From Candidatus Uhrbacteria bacterium RIFCSPLOWO2_01_FULL_47_17 (GTDB lineage: Bacteria > Patescibacteriota > Patescibacteriia > UBA9934 > GWF2-40-263), in the NCBI GenBank assembly GCA_001791305.1, contig MGEI01000004.1, positions 129,804-193,803 of the forward strand: a DNA stretch of 64,000 bases, written 5' to 3'. How positions within the stretch are numbered: the first letter of the stretch is position 1; each line of letters opens with the position of its first letter. This document shows positions 55,542-64,000 of the stretch, piece after piece. Under the pieces are notes generated by a model that was not told the origin of the DNA, searched no databases, and saw only the letters and a list, made by a program, of their open reading frames with translations. Made by a program: the position numbers and the translations under genes.

Positions 55542-56129
55542 ATGTTTAAACGAAATAATGGATTTGCTGGCAAATCCTTCGGAAAGAGAGACGGGGGGCC
55601 CGTCACGATGCACAAAACGTCTTGTGCGCAATGTGGAAACTCTTGTGAGGTTCCATTTAAGCCAAATGGCAAAAAGCCAGTACTTTGTGGAGATTGTTTC
55701 CGTAAAGACGATAACGGTGGGGAACGCTCAGAGCGTCCATCCTTCCGTTCGAACGACCGATCTTATGATCGTTCGGAGCCAAAGTATTCAAAGTTTGATG
55801 ACTCAAAGCCTTCTTACCCAGCGACTTGTGGAGAATGTGGCGCACGCTGCACCGTTCCATTCAAGCCAATGCAAGGAAAGCCGGTAAAGTGTCGCGAGTG
55901 TTTTGTTCCAGGTGACCGCCCATCCTCAAACGGAGGAAGCGGAATGACACAAGAGCAATTCAACATGTTGAACACAAAATTGGACTCCATCTTGAAAGCG
56001 CTCGGAACATACGTTTCAACGCCAAAGCGTTTGAAAGAGCCAACAGATGAATTTTCTCTCGAAGTCGACGCGACTCCAACAGAGAAACCAGAAAAGAAAG
56101 CTTGGGCAAAACTCAAGTACAAAAAGTAA
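55542..56129 (+). CDS. protein with two tandem C4 zinc-ribbon repeats
   Basis: CAQCGNSCEVPFKPNGKKPVLCGDCF and CGECGARCTVPFKPMQGKPVKCRECF repeats; Lys-rich C-terminus; first ATG 55542. Confidence 0.5.
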   Translation: MFKRNNGFAGKSFGKRDGGPVTMHKTSCAQCGNSCEVPFKPNGKKPVLCGDCFRKDDNGGERSERPSFRSNDRSYDRSEPKYSKFDDSKPSYPATCGECGARCTVPFKPMQGKPVKCRECFVPGDRPSSNGGSGMTQEQFNMLNTKLDSILKALGTYVSTPKRLKEPTDEFSLEVDATPTEKPEKKAWAKLKYKK

Positions 56130-56132
56130 TTT

Positions 56133-56168
56133 AAAAACCACCAACAAATCGTTGGTGGTTTTGTTTTC
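56133..56168 (+). terminator. intrinsic terminator
   Basis: aaaaaccaccaac-aaatc-gttggtggtttt + T-run. Confidence 0.65.
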
Positions 56169-56207
56169 TTGATCGTGTGGAGAAATGCTATACTGTCGCA
56201 ACAGCTT

Positions 56208-57611
56208 ATGACCCAAGCCCAAGCGCTCAACATCTTAAAAACCGGTAACTCGGTTTTTTTGACCGGTGAACCCGGAGCGGGAAAGACGTATACCATTAAC
56301 AAGTACGTCTCGTATTTGCGTTCCAAAAAGGTGAATGTCGCGATTACGGCATCGACCGGAATCGCTGCAACGCATGTTGGCGGAATGACAATTCATTCTT
56401 GGAGTGGGATTGGGATTAGCAAGATGCTTTCGAAAGAGGAGCTTCGAGAGATCGCAAGAAACAGTCGGATTCTGAACAGAATGTTGAAGACAAGTGTGCT
56501 CATCATTGATGAAATCTCGATGCTCGACGGTCGAACCTTCGACTTGATCGAACTCGTGTGCCGCACGGTTCGCAAAAAAGATGAACCATTCGGCGGAATG
56601 CAAGTTGTCTGTGTTGGTGATTTTTTTCAGTTGCCGCCCGTTTCTCGACAAGGCGAACCAATTCCCGAGTTCGCATTTCAGTCGAAAGCCTGGCAGATGA
56701 TGGATCCTCGCGTGTGCTATTTAACTGAGCATCATCGTCAAGATGACAAAGTGTTTCTTGGTGTTTTACGATCGATGCGCTCGGGCTTTCTCTCTGACGA
56801 AGATAAAGATGTGCTCCTCTCGAGGTCTGTTGATACGAATTTCGACCACGCCGATCTCGACGTACCGAAGTTGTTTACGCACAACGCGAATGTGGATCAA
56901 CTGAACGAGTATGAGCTTCGGAGAATCCCAGGAAAGAAAGAATCCTTCGACATGGAAATGCATGGCGCGCCGCCGCTTGTTGAGCAACTTAAACGAGGAT
57001 GTTTGTCGCCCGAGACATTGCATTTGAAAAAAGGGGCGCAGGTGATGTTTACAAAAAACAGTTTCAACGAGAATTACGTGAATGGAACGATTGGAGTGAT
57101 TACTGGATTCATGCCCGAGTCGAAGTACCCAATTGTGCGTACAAGATCAGGACAAGTGATTGAGGTCGCGAAGTCGTCTTGGTCCATTCGCGCGGAAGAC
57201 AAAGAGCTTGCGAGTATCGTACAGTTTCCACTTCGCCTTGCCTGGGCGATGACGGTTCACAAGAGTCAGGGTATGTCGCTCGATGCGGCGTTTGTTGATC
57301 TCTCAAACGCGTTCGTGTGCGGGCAGGGATATGTCGCGCTTTCCCGCGTGCGCAATCTCGAAGGCTTACATCTCGGCGGACTGAACGCACAGGCGCTCGA
57401 AGTGAATCAGGATGTGCTGATGAAAGATGCAGAGTTTCGTGATCAGTCACATGATGCAGAGGAGCTTCTCGAAATGCTGACGGAAGAGGATCTGAAAACA
57501 CGGCACGATGCGTTCGTTCGTGATTGCAATGGTATTATTGAAAGCGATGTCGAGGAATGGATACAGTTGCTCAAAAAACCAAAAAAGGCTATAAAGAAGC
57601 GCAAAAAATAA
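56208..57611 (+). CDS. PIF1/RecD-like 5'-3' DNA helicase
   Basis: Walker A GEPGAGKTYT, DEISMLDG, PIF1 signature VVCVGDFFQLPPV, and motifs IV-VI; TATACT 56189-56194 upstream; first ATG in frame 56208 (track ORF starts at TTG 56169). Confidence 0.7.
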   Translation: MTQAQALNILKTGNSVFLTGEPGAGKTYTINKYVSYLRSKKVNVAITASTGIAATHVGGMTIHSWSGIGISKMLSKEELREIARNSRILNRMLKTSVLIIDEISMLDGRTFDLIELVCRTVRKKDEPFGGMQVVCVGDFFQLPPVSRQGEPIPEFAFQSKAWQMMDPRVCYLTEHHRQDDKVFLGVLRSMRSGFLSDEDKDVLLSRSVDTNFDHADLDVPKLFTHNANVDQLNEYELRRIPGKKESFDMEMHGAPPLVEQLKRGCLSPETLHLKKGAQVMFTKNSFNENYVNGTIGVITGFMPESKYPIVRTRSGQVIEVAKSSWSIRAEDKELASIVQFPLRLAWAMTVHKSQGMSLDAAFVDLSNAFVCGQGYVALSRVRNLEGLHLGGLNAQALEVNQDVLMKDAEFRDQSHDAEELLEMLTEEDLKTRHDAFVRDCNGIIESDVEEWIQLLKKPKKAIKKRKK

Positions 57612-57614
57612 ACT

Positions 57615-58334
57615 ATGTCAAACATTCCAAAACACATCGGGTTTATCATGGACGGTAATCGTCGTTGGGCAAAAGAGCGCGGACTCAGCTCAGGTGATGG
57701 CCATGCGGCGGGAGTTGAGAATCTCACGACCATCCTCGAGGCTTGTGCGAAGCGTGGGGTTGAAACGGTGACGATCTACGCGTTCAGCACGGAGAATTTT
57801 AAGAAACGATCACAAAAAGAAATCGCGACGCTGTTTGATCTGCTCGGACTCTGGTTGCAACGCAAATCAAAAGTGATGCGCGAGCGAGGCGTGTGTCTTG
57901 CGTTTCTTGGTGACCTCTCGAAGTTGCCTGAACGCCTTCAGCACAAGATCAACCACGCCGTTGATGTTCTCAAAACAAACGAGCGCATTAAATGCAATGT
58001 ACTCATGAATTATGGTGGACGACCTGAAATCGTAAATGCATTAAAAGAGATTGTGAAAAAGGGAATCGTCGCAGACGAAATCAACGAGGAACTCATTGAA
58101 CAACATTTGTATACAAAGGGTCAGAGTGACCCGGACCTCATGATTCGCACCGGCGGCGAAATGCGCGTCAGCAACTTCTTGATCTGGCAGCTAAGTTACT
58201 CGGAGTTATATTTTACAGACACGTTCTGGCCAGCGTTTGACGAAGCGGAACTCGACAAGGCGCTCGCAGAGTATGTACGTCGAGATCGACGACTGGGAGG
58301 GGATACGGTTGCTGAGGCGGTAAAATCAATTTAA
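57615..58334 (+). CDS. uppS: isoprenyl transferase (undecaprenyl diphosphate synthase)
   Basis: HIGFIMDGNRRWA and YAFSTENFKR cis-prenyltransferase motifs. Confidence 0.9.
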   Translation: MSNIPKHIGFIMDGNRRWAKERGLSSGDGHAAGVENLTTILEACAKRGVETVTIYAFSTENFKKRSQKEIATLFDLLGLWLQRKSKVMRERGVCLAFLGDLSKLPERLQHKINHAVDVLKTNERIKCNVLMNYGGRPEIVNALKEIVKKGIVADEINEELIEQHLYTKGQSDPDLMIRTGGEMRVSNFLIWQLSYSELYFTDTFWPAFDEAELDKALAEYVRRDRRLGGDTVAEAVKSI

Positions 58335-58336
58335 TC

Positions 58337-59251
58337 ATGTCTATCGAACACAAACTTATTATTTTCTACAAATACACTCCTGTCACTGACGTGGAGCGGT
58401 TTGTGATTTGGCAAAAGAAGCATTGTACAGAACTTGGCTTGCTCGGTCGCATCTTAATTGCAAAAGAGGGAATCAATGGAACGGTTGAAGGACGGATCGA
58501 GAATATTGAAGAGTATGAGCGCCGGATGCATGCTCTCGATGGGAGTGCGGGCAAGTTCGGAGACTTCTCGAATGTTTGGTTTAAAGAGAGTCCATCGAAT
58601 GGAGGAGCGTTCGAGAAGCTCAAAGTAAAAGCACGAACGGAGATTGTTGCAACGGGGTTATCTCTCGACGCGGATATTGATCCAAATGAGGTTACGGGAA
58701 CGCATATTGAAGCCGCGGAACTCAAGAAGTGGATCGAGAGCGGGGAAGAGTTTGAGATTATCGACATGCGTAATGATTATGAATATGCGGTCGGACATTT
58801 CGCAGGTTCCAGACAAAGCGGCATGCAAAACTTTCGGGATCTTCCAAAGATCGTTTCGGAGCATGAAGAGCTCAAAGACAAAAAAGTGCTGACTGTTTGT
58901 ACGTATGGCGTGCGATGTGAGAAAGCATCCGGTCATTTGATCCGCCAAGGATTTAAAGAGGTGTACCAACTTCATGGGGGAATCGGAACCTACATGAAGG
59001 AATATCCAGGCCAAGATTTTCTCGGCTCTCTCTACGTCTTTGACGACCGCATGACCGAGCAATTCACAGATCAATACCAAAAGATCGGTGTCTGTGTCGT
59101 CTGTTCATCCACGAGCGAACGCTTCGGAAATTGTGCCTGGCCAGACTGCCACAAACAGATGATTATTTGTGTGGAATGTTCGCCTCAAGAAAAGACCATT
59201 TATTGCCGAAAAGACTGCGAATTATCGCACTTAAAAGGGGTTGTCAAATAA
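58337..59251 (+). CDS. trhO: rhodanese-domain tRNA uridine(34) hydroxylase-like protein (TrhO/YceA, UPF0176)
   Basis: N-terminal ACT-like region, rhodanese active-site loop CTYGVRC, C-terminal Cys-rich zinc motif. Confidence 0.7.
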   Translation: MSIEHKLIIFYKYTPVTDVERFVIWQKKHCTELGLLGRILIAKEGINGTVEGRIENIEEYERRMHALDGSAGKFGDFSNVWFKESPSNGGAFEKLKVKARTEIVATGLSLDADIDPNEVTGTHIEAAELKKWIESGEEFEIIDMRNDYEYAVGHFAGSRQSGMQNFRDLPKIVSEHEELKDKKVLTVCTYGVRCEKASGHLIRQGFKEVYQLHGGIGTYMKEYPGQDFLGSLYVFDDRMTEQFTDQYQKIGVCVVCSSTSERFGNCAWPDCHKQMIICVECSPQEKTIYCRKDCELSHLKGVVK

Positions 59252-59302
59252 CCCTTTTTTTGTTACACTTCCGGCGCCTGTAAGACGCGGTGGCATTCGA
59301 GC

Positions 59303-59335
59303 CTTTTCCGCCCTTTCCGGCTTTTCCGCCCTTTC
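59303..59335. repeat. tandem direct repeat 2 x CTTTTCCGCCCTTTC separated by CGG
   Basis: Read directly at 59303-59317 and 59321-59335, upstream of the 59360 gene. Confidence 0.7.
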
Positions 59336-59359
59336 TAATTCACCTAACCAGTCTCACCT

Positions 59360-59659
59360 ATGATGCTTTTTTTCATTGGTCTTGTCGAAATGATCATTGC
59401 GACCATTTGGACACGATTCGTATCACAGGGAAAAATGTTTGCGAGCGCGTTTATCACGTTTGTGAACATCCTGATCTGGTATTATGTCCTGCAAGAAATC
59501 ATTTCTGATTTAAGTGATTGGACGATTATTGTTCTGTACGCCGCTGGTTGTGCGGTCGGAACAATGCTTGGAATGTATCTGTTCGATCGTGAACAGAAAC
59601 CAAAAGCGCGTCCCCTCACAGAAGTCGAAATTGAACACGTATTGCCGGACACTGTATGA
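59360..59659 (+). CDS. small membrane protein (99 aa)
   Basis: Three TM helices; no domain recognised. Confidence 0.4.
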   Translation: MMLFFIGLVEMIIATIWTRFVSQGKMFASAFITFVNILIWYYVLQEIISDLSDWTIIVLYAAGCAVGTMLGMYLFDREQKPKARPLTEVEIEHVLPDTV

Positions 59660-59700
59660 TTACAGCAATACCGCAACCCCCGGACCCTGCGCCCGGATAA

Positions 59701-59746
59701 AAACACTACCCACATCGAAATCGAAGGGTAGTGTTTTTGTTTCAAG
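59701..59746 (+). terminator. intrinsic terminator
   Basis: aaacactaccc-acatcgaaatcgaa-gggtagtgttt + T-run. Confidence 0.65.
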
Positions 59747-59775
59747 GTCTTTCTGGTAAACTAGAATGAACGCAT

Positions 59776-60684
59776 ATGCATTTTTTGAAAAAAAATTGGC
59801 CAGTTCTGATTCTTGTTCTTTTTGTTGTTTCCATCGTGACCTGGGTTCTCACAGCGCCATCTCAAAAACAATCAACGAATTCTGCTGATCAAAAACTTCG
59901 AGTTGTTGCGAGTTTTTATCCGATCGCCGAATTCGCACGACACGTTGGTGGAGATCTTGTGAATGTTGAAACCATTACACCTGTTGGTGTGGAGCCACAT
60001 GAATATGAGCCGACCGCACAACAATTAGAACGTATTTCAGAGTCTGATCTTTTTTTGTATAACGGCGAAGGACTTGATGCGTGGGCGGATCCAATTGGAG
60101 CAAAACTTGGAATTGGGGAGCGAAGTTGGATTATGTCGCATACGGTCACCCTTATTGAACACGACCCACATATTTGGTTAAATCCTGTTTTGGCAAAACA
60201 GGAAGTGATGTGGATTTACTCAGCTCTTTCGTATGTTGATCCAACACATGACGCGATTTATAAACAAAATGCAGAAGCATACATCAATCAACTCTCCGCA
60301 CTCGATGAAGCCTATGCTCATGGACTGAAAACCTGCGCAAACAGAACAGTTGTGACTTCGCACGAAGCATTCGCTTACCTTGCCAAACAATACAAATTTG
60401 AAACGATTGCGATCACCGGTCTCTCCCCAGAAGAAGAACCATCTGCTGGTCGACTCGCAGAGATTGCGAAGCTCGCAAAAGAAAAGCAAATCAAATACAT
60501 TTTTTTTGAAACACTTGTCAGTCCAAAGCTTGCCCAAACACTCGCGTCTGAGATTGGAGCACAAACACTCGTCTTTGATCCAATCGAAGGTGTTTCGGAA
60601 GAAGACCAAGCGGCGGGAAAGAATTATGTGAGTATCATGCAAGAGAACTTAACCAATCTTAAAATTGGAATGATGTGCCAGTAA
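59776..60684 (+). CDS. metal (Zn/Mn) ABC transporter substrate-binding protein (TroA/ZnuA family)
   Basis: Signal-anchor, His-containing metal site (EPHEYEP, DPHIWLNP) typical of cluster A-I SBPs; followed by the ATPase and permease genes. Confidence 0.7.
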   Translation: MHFLKKNWPVLILVLFVVSIVTWVLTAPSQKQSTNSADQKLRVVASFYPIAEFARHVGGDLVNVETITPVGVEPHEYEPTAQQLERISESDLFLYNGEGLDAWADPIGAKLGIGERSWIMSHTVTLIEHDPHIWLNPVLAKQEVMWIYSALSYVDPTHDAIYKQNAEAYINQLSALDEAYAHGLKTCANRTVVTSHEAFAYLAKQYKFETIAITGLSPEEEPSAGRLAEIAKLAKEKQIKYIFFETLVSPKLAQTLASEIGAQTLVFDPIEGVSEEDQAAGKNYVSIMQENLTNLKIGMMCQ

Positions 60685-61436
60685 AAAAGTCTCGCCCGAT
60701 CATTCAGGCAACCAATTTAACCTTTGTGCGGAACGATGAAGAAATTATTCACCATTTTTCGTTTGAAGTGAATGCGGGTGATTATGTTGGAGTGATTGGC
60801 CCAAATGGGGGAGGAAAAACCACACTGCTGCGACTGCTCCTCGGGCTTCTTGAGCCAACACAAGGGAAAATTCGTCTTCTCGACGGCTCACCTACGGATC
60901 GACATGTGCGAAGACAGGTCGGATACGTTGCGCAGCGCGGAGGAAATATTGACGCGCAGTTTCCGGCAACTGTCGAAGAAGTTGTGCGATCTGGTCGCAC
61001 AGCACGTCTTGGATTATTCGGACGCAGCTCGAAGAAAGACGAATTCGCCATCGCTCGCGCGATCGACATGATGAATATTGCATCACTTCTCGGCCGCCCA
61101 ATCGGAAAACTTTCCGGGGGAGAGCGTCAAAAGGTTTTACTTGCCCGTGCGCTTGCGGGGGAGCCGAAGATTTTATTTCTCGATGAACCGGTCGACGGAT
61201 TAGATCCAGCCTCGCGTGATGAGTTTTACGCGTTGCTTCGAAAATTAAACAAAGAGGGGCTCACGATTATCTCTGTCTCGCATGATGTTCATACCGTTGC
61301 AGAAGAAGCGCGCTCAGCGATTTGTTTGAAACATCAACTCGTTTGTCATGGTTCAAAAGCGTGTCTTATCGGCGAGGAAGAGTTGAAAGATCTGTTTCAC
61401 AAAGATCGCAAGGAATTGTTGCGTCATCATCACTAG
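60675..61436 (+). CDS. metal ABC transporter ATP-binding protein (ZnuC-like)
   Basis: Walker A GPNGGGKTT, signature LSGGERQKV, Walker B ILFLDEP. Confidence 0.85.
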   Translation: MPVKKSRPIIQATNLTFVRNDEEIIHHFSFEVNAGDYVGVIGPNGGGKTTLLRLLLGLLEPTQGKIRLLDGSPTDRHVRRQVGYVAQRGGNIDAQFPATVEEVVRSGRTARLGLFGRSSKKDEFAIARAIDMMNIASLLGRPIGKLSGGERQKVLLARALAGEPKILFLDEPVDGLDPASRDEFYALLRKLNKEGLTIISVSHDVHTVAEEARSAICLKHQLVCHGSKACLIGEEELKDLFHKDRKELLRHHH

Positions 61437-61437
61437 T

Positions 61438-62241
61438 ATGCTCGAAATACTTACCTTAGAATTCATGCGTCGCGCGTTTGCCGTTGGGCTCGTCGTCGCT
61501 CTTGTTGCGCCAACGATCGGATTGTTTTTCGTCGTGCGTCGATATAGTTCGATTGCAGATACCCTCGCACACGTCTCGCTTGCAGGTGTCGCGATCGCGC
61601 TTGTCACAGGACTCGCGGCTATTCCTACTGCACTTGTCGTCTCAATCATATCGGTTCTCGGTATTGAGAAGATGCGTGAACGCAAAACATTACCCGCTGA
61701 GACTATCGTCTCGTTGTTTCTTTTCGGTGGACTCGCACTTGGTGTTGTCCTTCTCGGCCTTGTTCGAGGGAAGAACGTGAATATCGTCAATTATTTGTTT
61801 GGAAATATTCTTACAGTCACGAATGCCGATATTCTTTCGGTCAGTCTCATCGGCGGCGCAGCATTTTTTATCGCCCTGATCCTTTGGCGCGCTCTGTTTG
61901 CTGTTTCTATCGATGAAGACACGGCGGAAGCAAATGGGCTTCCTGTAAAATGGCTCAATCGTCTTCTTGCGATCCTCGGCGCTGCAACGATTGCAATCTC
62001 GATGAATGTTGTGGGTGTTCTCCTGATTGGCGCGCTCATGGTCATTCCGGTTCTTGCGGCCATGCAGTTCAAAAAAGGTTTTCATACAACATGGGTCATT
62101 TCACTTTGTGTTTCGATCATCTCGGTTGTTGGCGGTCTTATGGCGTCGTATTATTTTAATCTCGCGAGCGGAGGAACGATCGTTCTTTGCACAATCGTCT
62201 GTTTTATTCTCGCGTCGATTTTTTCAAAAGCAACCGTATGA
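61438..62241 (+). CDS. metal ABC transporter permease (ZnuB-like)
   Basis: 8-TM ABC-3 family topology immediately after the ATPase gene. Confidence 0.8.
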   Translation: MLEILTLEFMRRAFAVGLVVALVAPTIGLFFVVRRYSSIADTLAHVSLAGVAIALVTGLAAIPTALVVSIISVLGIEKMRERKTLPAETIVSLFLFGGLALGVVLLGLVRGKNVNIVNYLFGNILTVTNADILSVSLIGGAAFFIALILWRALFAVSIDEDTAEANGLPVKWLNRLLAILGAATIAISMNVVGVLLIGALMVIPVLAAMQFKKGFHTTWVISLCVSIISVVGGLMASYYFNLASGGTIVLCTIVCFILASIFSKATV

Positions 62242-62639
62242 AATTTAAACACGCGTTTTTTGCCATTCTGTTCGTTCTCGCTATTCATGGTGTTTTGATC
62301 CTGACACAAGGATACTACCACTTGAAGCAGATCGATATTCCCATGCACATCATGGGCGGATTCGCGATGGGTATGCTCGGACTTGCGATTCATCACCAAA
62401 TTTCGACGCGTCATCATAATAAAACCTCACCTTGGTGGTACCACTTCACCTTCGTGGTCGGATTCGCCATGCTGATCGGAGTTGGTTGGGAGTTTTATGA
62501 ATTTATTATGGATCAAACAGTCCATGTTTGGCTTCAACAACCCCTTTCGCAGCCATCGCTTGCGAACACTATGAAAGATTTGCTCGATGATTGGATCGGC
62601 GCCATGCTTGCATTCTGGATATTTCGTAAAAAGATTTAG
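62238..62639 (+). CDS. His-rich membrane protein (133 aa)
   Basis: ATG overlaps the permease stop (gtATGAaa); 4 TM helices; HHQISTRHHNK loop. Confidence 0.4.
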   Translation: MKFKHAFFAILFVLAIHGVLILTQGYYHLKQIDIPMHIMGGFAMGMLGLAIHHQISTRHHNKTSPWWYHFTFVVGFAMLIGVGWEFYEFIMDQTVHVWLQQPLSQPSLANTMKDLLDDWIGAMLAFWIFRKKI

Positions 62640-62679
62640 TGCTTTTCTCGGTTGTGGATCTGTGATAGGATTTGTTCAT

Positions 62680-63009
62680 ATGAAGTCTCTCAGCCTCTTC
62701 ATTCTTGCTGCCACGTTGTTTATCGGCCTCACGTTTGCCGGTAATGCTTTTTTTGGCATGGATCATGGAATGGAGATGGGCAGTGTTGAGTGTGTGAATC
62801 ATTGTTTGAGTACGTTTGTCTTTCCGGCTGTATCCTCGAGTGCACTTCCATTAATTCTGTTTGTTGCATTCTCGATTGCGCTCGCATTACGATCTATGGG
62901 CGGGTCACGACCCGCCTCTACGAATCCGATGCAGTACAATCGTCTAACCGAACCGATCGGTTTATTGTTGCGTTCCAGAAAATTATCACCCGTCATGATT
63001 CGGGATTAA
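62680..63009 (+). CDS. small membrane protein with HGMEMGSVECVNHC putative metal-binding motif
   Basis: ATG 62680; signal/TM; the 3' coding region contains the second copy of the GGGCGGGTCACGACCCGCC palindrome. Confidence 0.4.
   Translation: MKSLSLFILAATLFIGLTFAGNAFFGMDHGMEMGSVECVNHCLSTFVFPAVSSSALPLILFVAFSIALALRSMGGSRPASTNPMQYNRLTEPIGLLLRSRKLSPVMIRD
62898..62916. repeat. GC-rich palindrome GGGCGGGTCACGACCCGCC, copy 2
   Basis: 24 of 26 nt identical to the copy at 38896-38917 including flanks (..GGGCGGGTCACGACCCGCCyCTAC..). Confidence 0.8.
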
Positions 63010-63055
63010 ACCAAGCGGCTGATTTTTTTAAGTCATCTAGTTTGGTTTTTGTTTT

Positions 63056-64000
63056 ATGGAAAATATCACATTTATTTCAGCCCTCATTCTGGGCTTGGTT
63101 GCCGGAAGTTCCTCTTGTCTTGCTGTTTCCGGGGGGCTTTTGTTGTCGGTCGTCGGAAAAGCCCACGATCGTCTCGGTTCGATGTCCAAAAGCTCACGCT
63201 TACAATTCACCTGGATGTTTGTTATTGGTCGAATCGCGTCATATACGATCCTTGGCGGACTCATCGGCTTTCTTGGTTCTACGTTTTCGTTCTCACCTCT
63301 TGCAACAGGCGCTATTACGCTCCTTGCTGCCGCATACATGATTATTGCCGGCCTCGAGATGCTCGAGTTGTCACCGAACTGGTTAAAGTGTGCGATCCCT
63401 CGTCCGCCAAAATGGCTCTCGAATAAAATTCTTGACGCAGATGGAAATCCAAATCGATTTGCTCCACTTCTCCTTGGTGCTGCGACATTCTTTTTGCCAT
63501 GTGGCTTCACACAATCTCTTCAGATTTACGCTCTCACAACCGCAAGTTTTACAACCGGTGCGATGGTTCTTGGTGCGTTTGCGATCGGAACCTCTCCTGC
63601 GCTTCTGGCGCTTGGGTATGCTTCCGGCGCACTAAAGGGAAAAACAGGGAAGTATGTTTTGAAACTCGCTGGCGTATTTATTTTGTACCTTGCGATTGGA
63701 AATGTTCAAAATGGGCTAACATTGCTTGGTCACCCAATTGATTTTGTTTCTGCGGCTCCTTCGAGTGGTTATCGCGTGGTGTCTCCTCTCGATGAGACCA
63801 ACGGGACAAATAAGACTAATTTGCCCGCCGTTGTAAACGGTGTGCAACAAATGAAGCTTCAACTCACAAACACCGCGCCGTTTTATGCACCAGCAAATCC
63901 TACGGTGGTTGCAGGCAAACCGGTTCGTCTTGAAGTTGAAGGATCGGCCGGTGGATGCCGAAGTGTTTTTCAAATTCCGGGTCTTGGCGTTCAATTGTCT
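63056..64000 (+). CDS. membrane protein with CcdA/DsbD-like Cys-containing TM domain and C-terminal cupredoxin-like domain (3' partial; not in the ORF track because it runs off the window)
   Basis: ATG 63056; GLVAGSSSCLAVSGG and FFLPCGFTQSLQ (Cys in TM1 and TM4 as in CcdA/DsbD_2); C-terminal MKLQLTNTAPFYAPANPTVVAGKPVRLEVEGSAGGCRSVFQIPGLGVQ beta-sandwich-like; no stop before nt 64000. Confidence 0.5.
   Translation, partial: MENITFISALILGLVAGSSSCLAVSGGLLLSVVGKAHDRLGSMSKSSRLQFTWMFVIGRIASYTILGGLIGFLGSTFSFSPLATGAITLLAAAYMIIAGLEMLELSPNWLKCAIPRPPKWLSNKILDADGNPNRFAPLLLGAATFFLPCGFTQSLQIYALTTASFTTGAMVLGAFAIGTSPALLALGYASGALKGKTGKYVLKLAGVFILYLAIGNVQNGLTLLGHPIDFVSAAPSSGYRVVSPLDETNGTNKTNLPAVVNGVQQMKLQLTNTAPFYAPANPTVVAGKPVRLEVEGSAGGCRSVFQIPGLGVQLS

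Overview
This 64 kb window from a low-GC, gene-dense bacterial chromosome is about 90% coding. I infer a small-genome, Patescibacteria/CPR-like organism from the gene content, the intron-containing tRNA and many leaderless-looking starts. Housekeeping backbone, mostly on the + strand: GT2 glycosyltransferase, murD, SLT-like transglycosylase, murE-like ligase, FtsB-like protein, parvulin PPIase, tRNA-Thr, ftsE/ftsX, tRNA-Gln (-), hpt, dus (-), two tandem half-MFS paralogs, thioredoxin-like protein + VKOR, beta-CASP MBL RNase, Fic (-), lepA, recJ, rnhA, C39-like peptidase, pilM/receiver/pilin-like, ligA, gatC/gatA, lgt, ICMT-like (-), receiver (-), zwf (-), tRNA-Ser, RelE/ParE-type TA pair, dnaG, rpoD, ECF sigma + anti-sigma, MutY-like glycosylase (-), prs-like, msrA, two SpoT-type HD hydrolases, SET-domain protein (-), HelD-like and PIF1-like helicases, uppS, trhO-like, metal ABC transporter (A/C/B) and metal-related membrane proteins (the last ORF runs off the 3' end and is missing from the ORF track). 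Noteworthy non-standard content: (1) two GC-rich, apparently non-coding islands (about 12560-12918 and 40315-40800) share a repeated roughly 24-nt hairpin motif and homologous terminators, suggesting a paralogous structured-RNA family of unknown function; (2) a tRNA (probably Asn-GUU) is interrupted by a 279-nt group I intron and is followed by a free-standing HNH endonuclease and an AT-rich accessory island; (3) a near-palindromic GGTACC-containing 25-mer occurs three times, two copies as an inverted pair; (4) there are several long palindromes and tandem-repeat arrays in intergenic DNA; (5) GC3-rich, compositionally foreign small genes (hpt, a 47-aa Cys/Lys-rich ORF, an XRE-like HTH) are present. 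All calls rest on reading the sequence by eye; none has been checked against a database.
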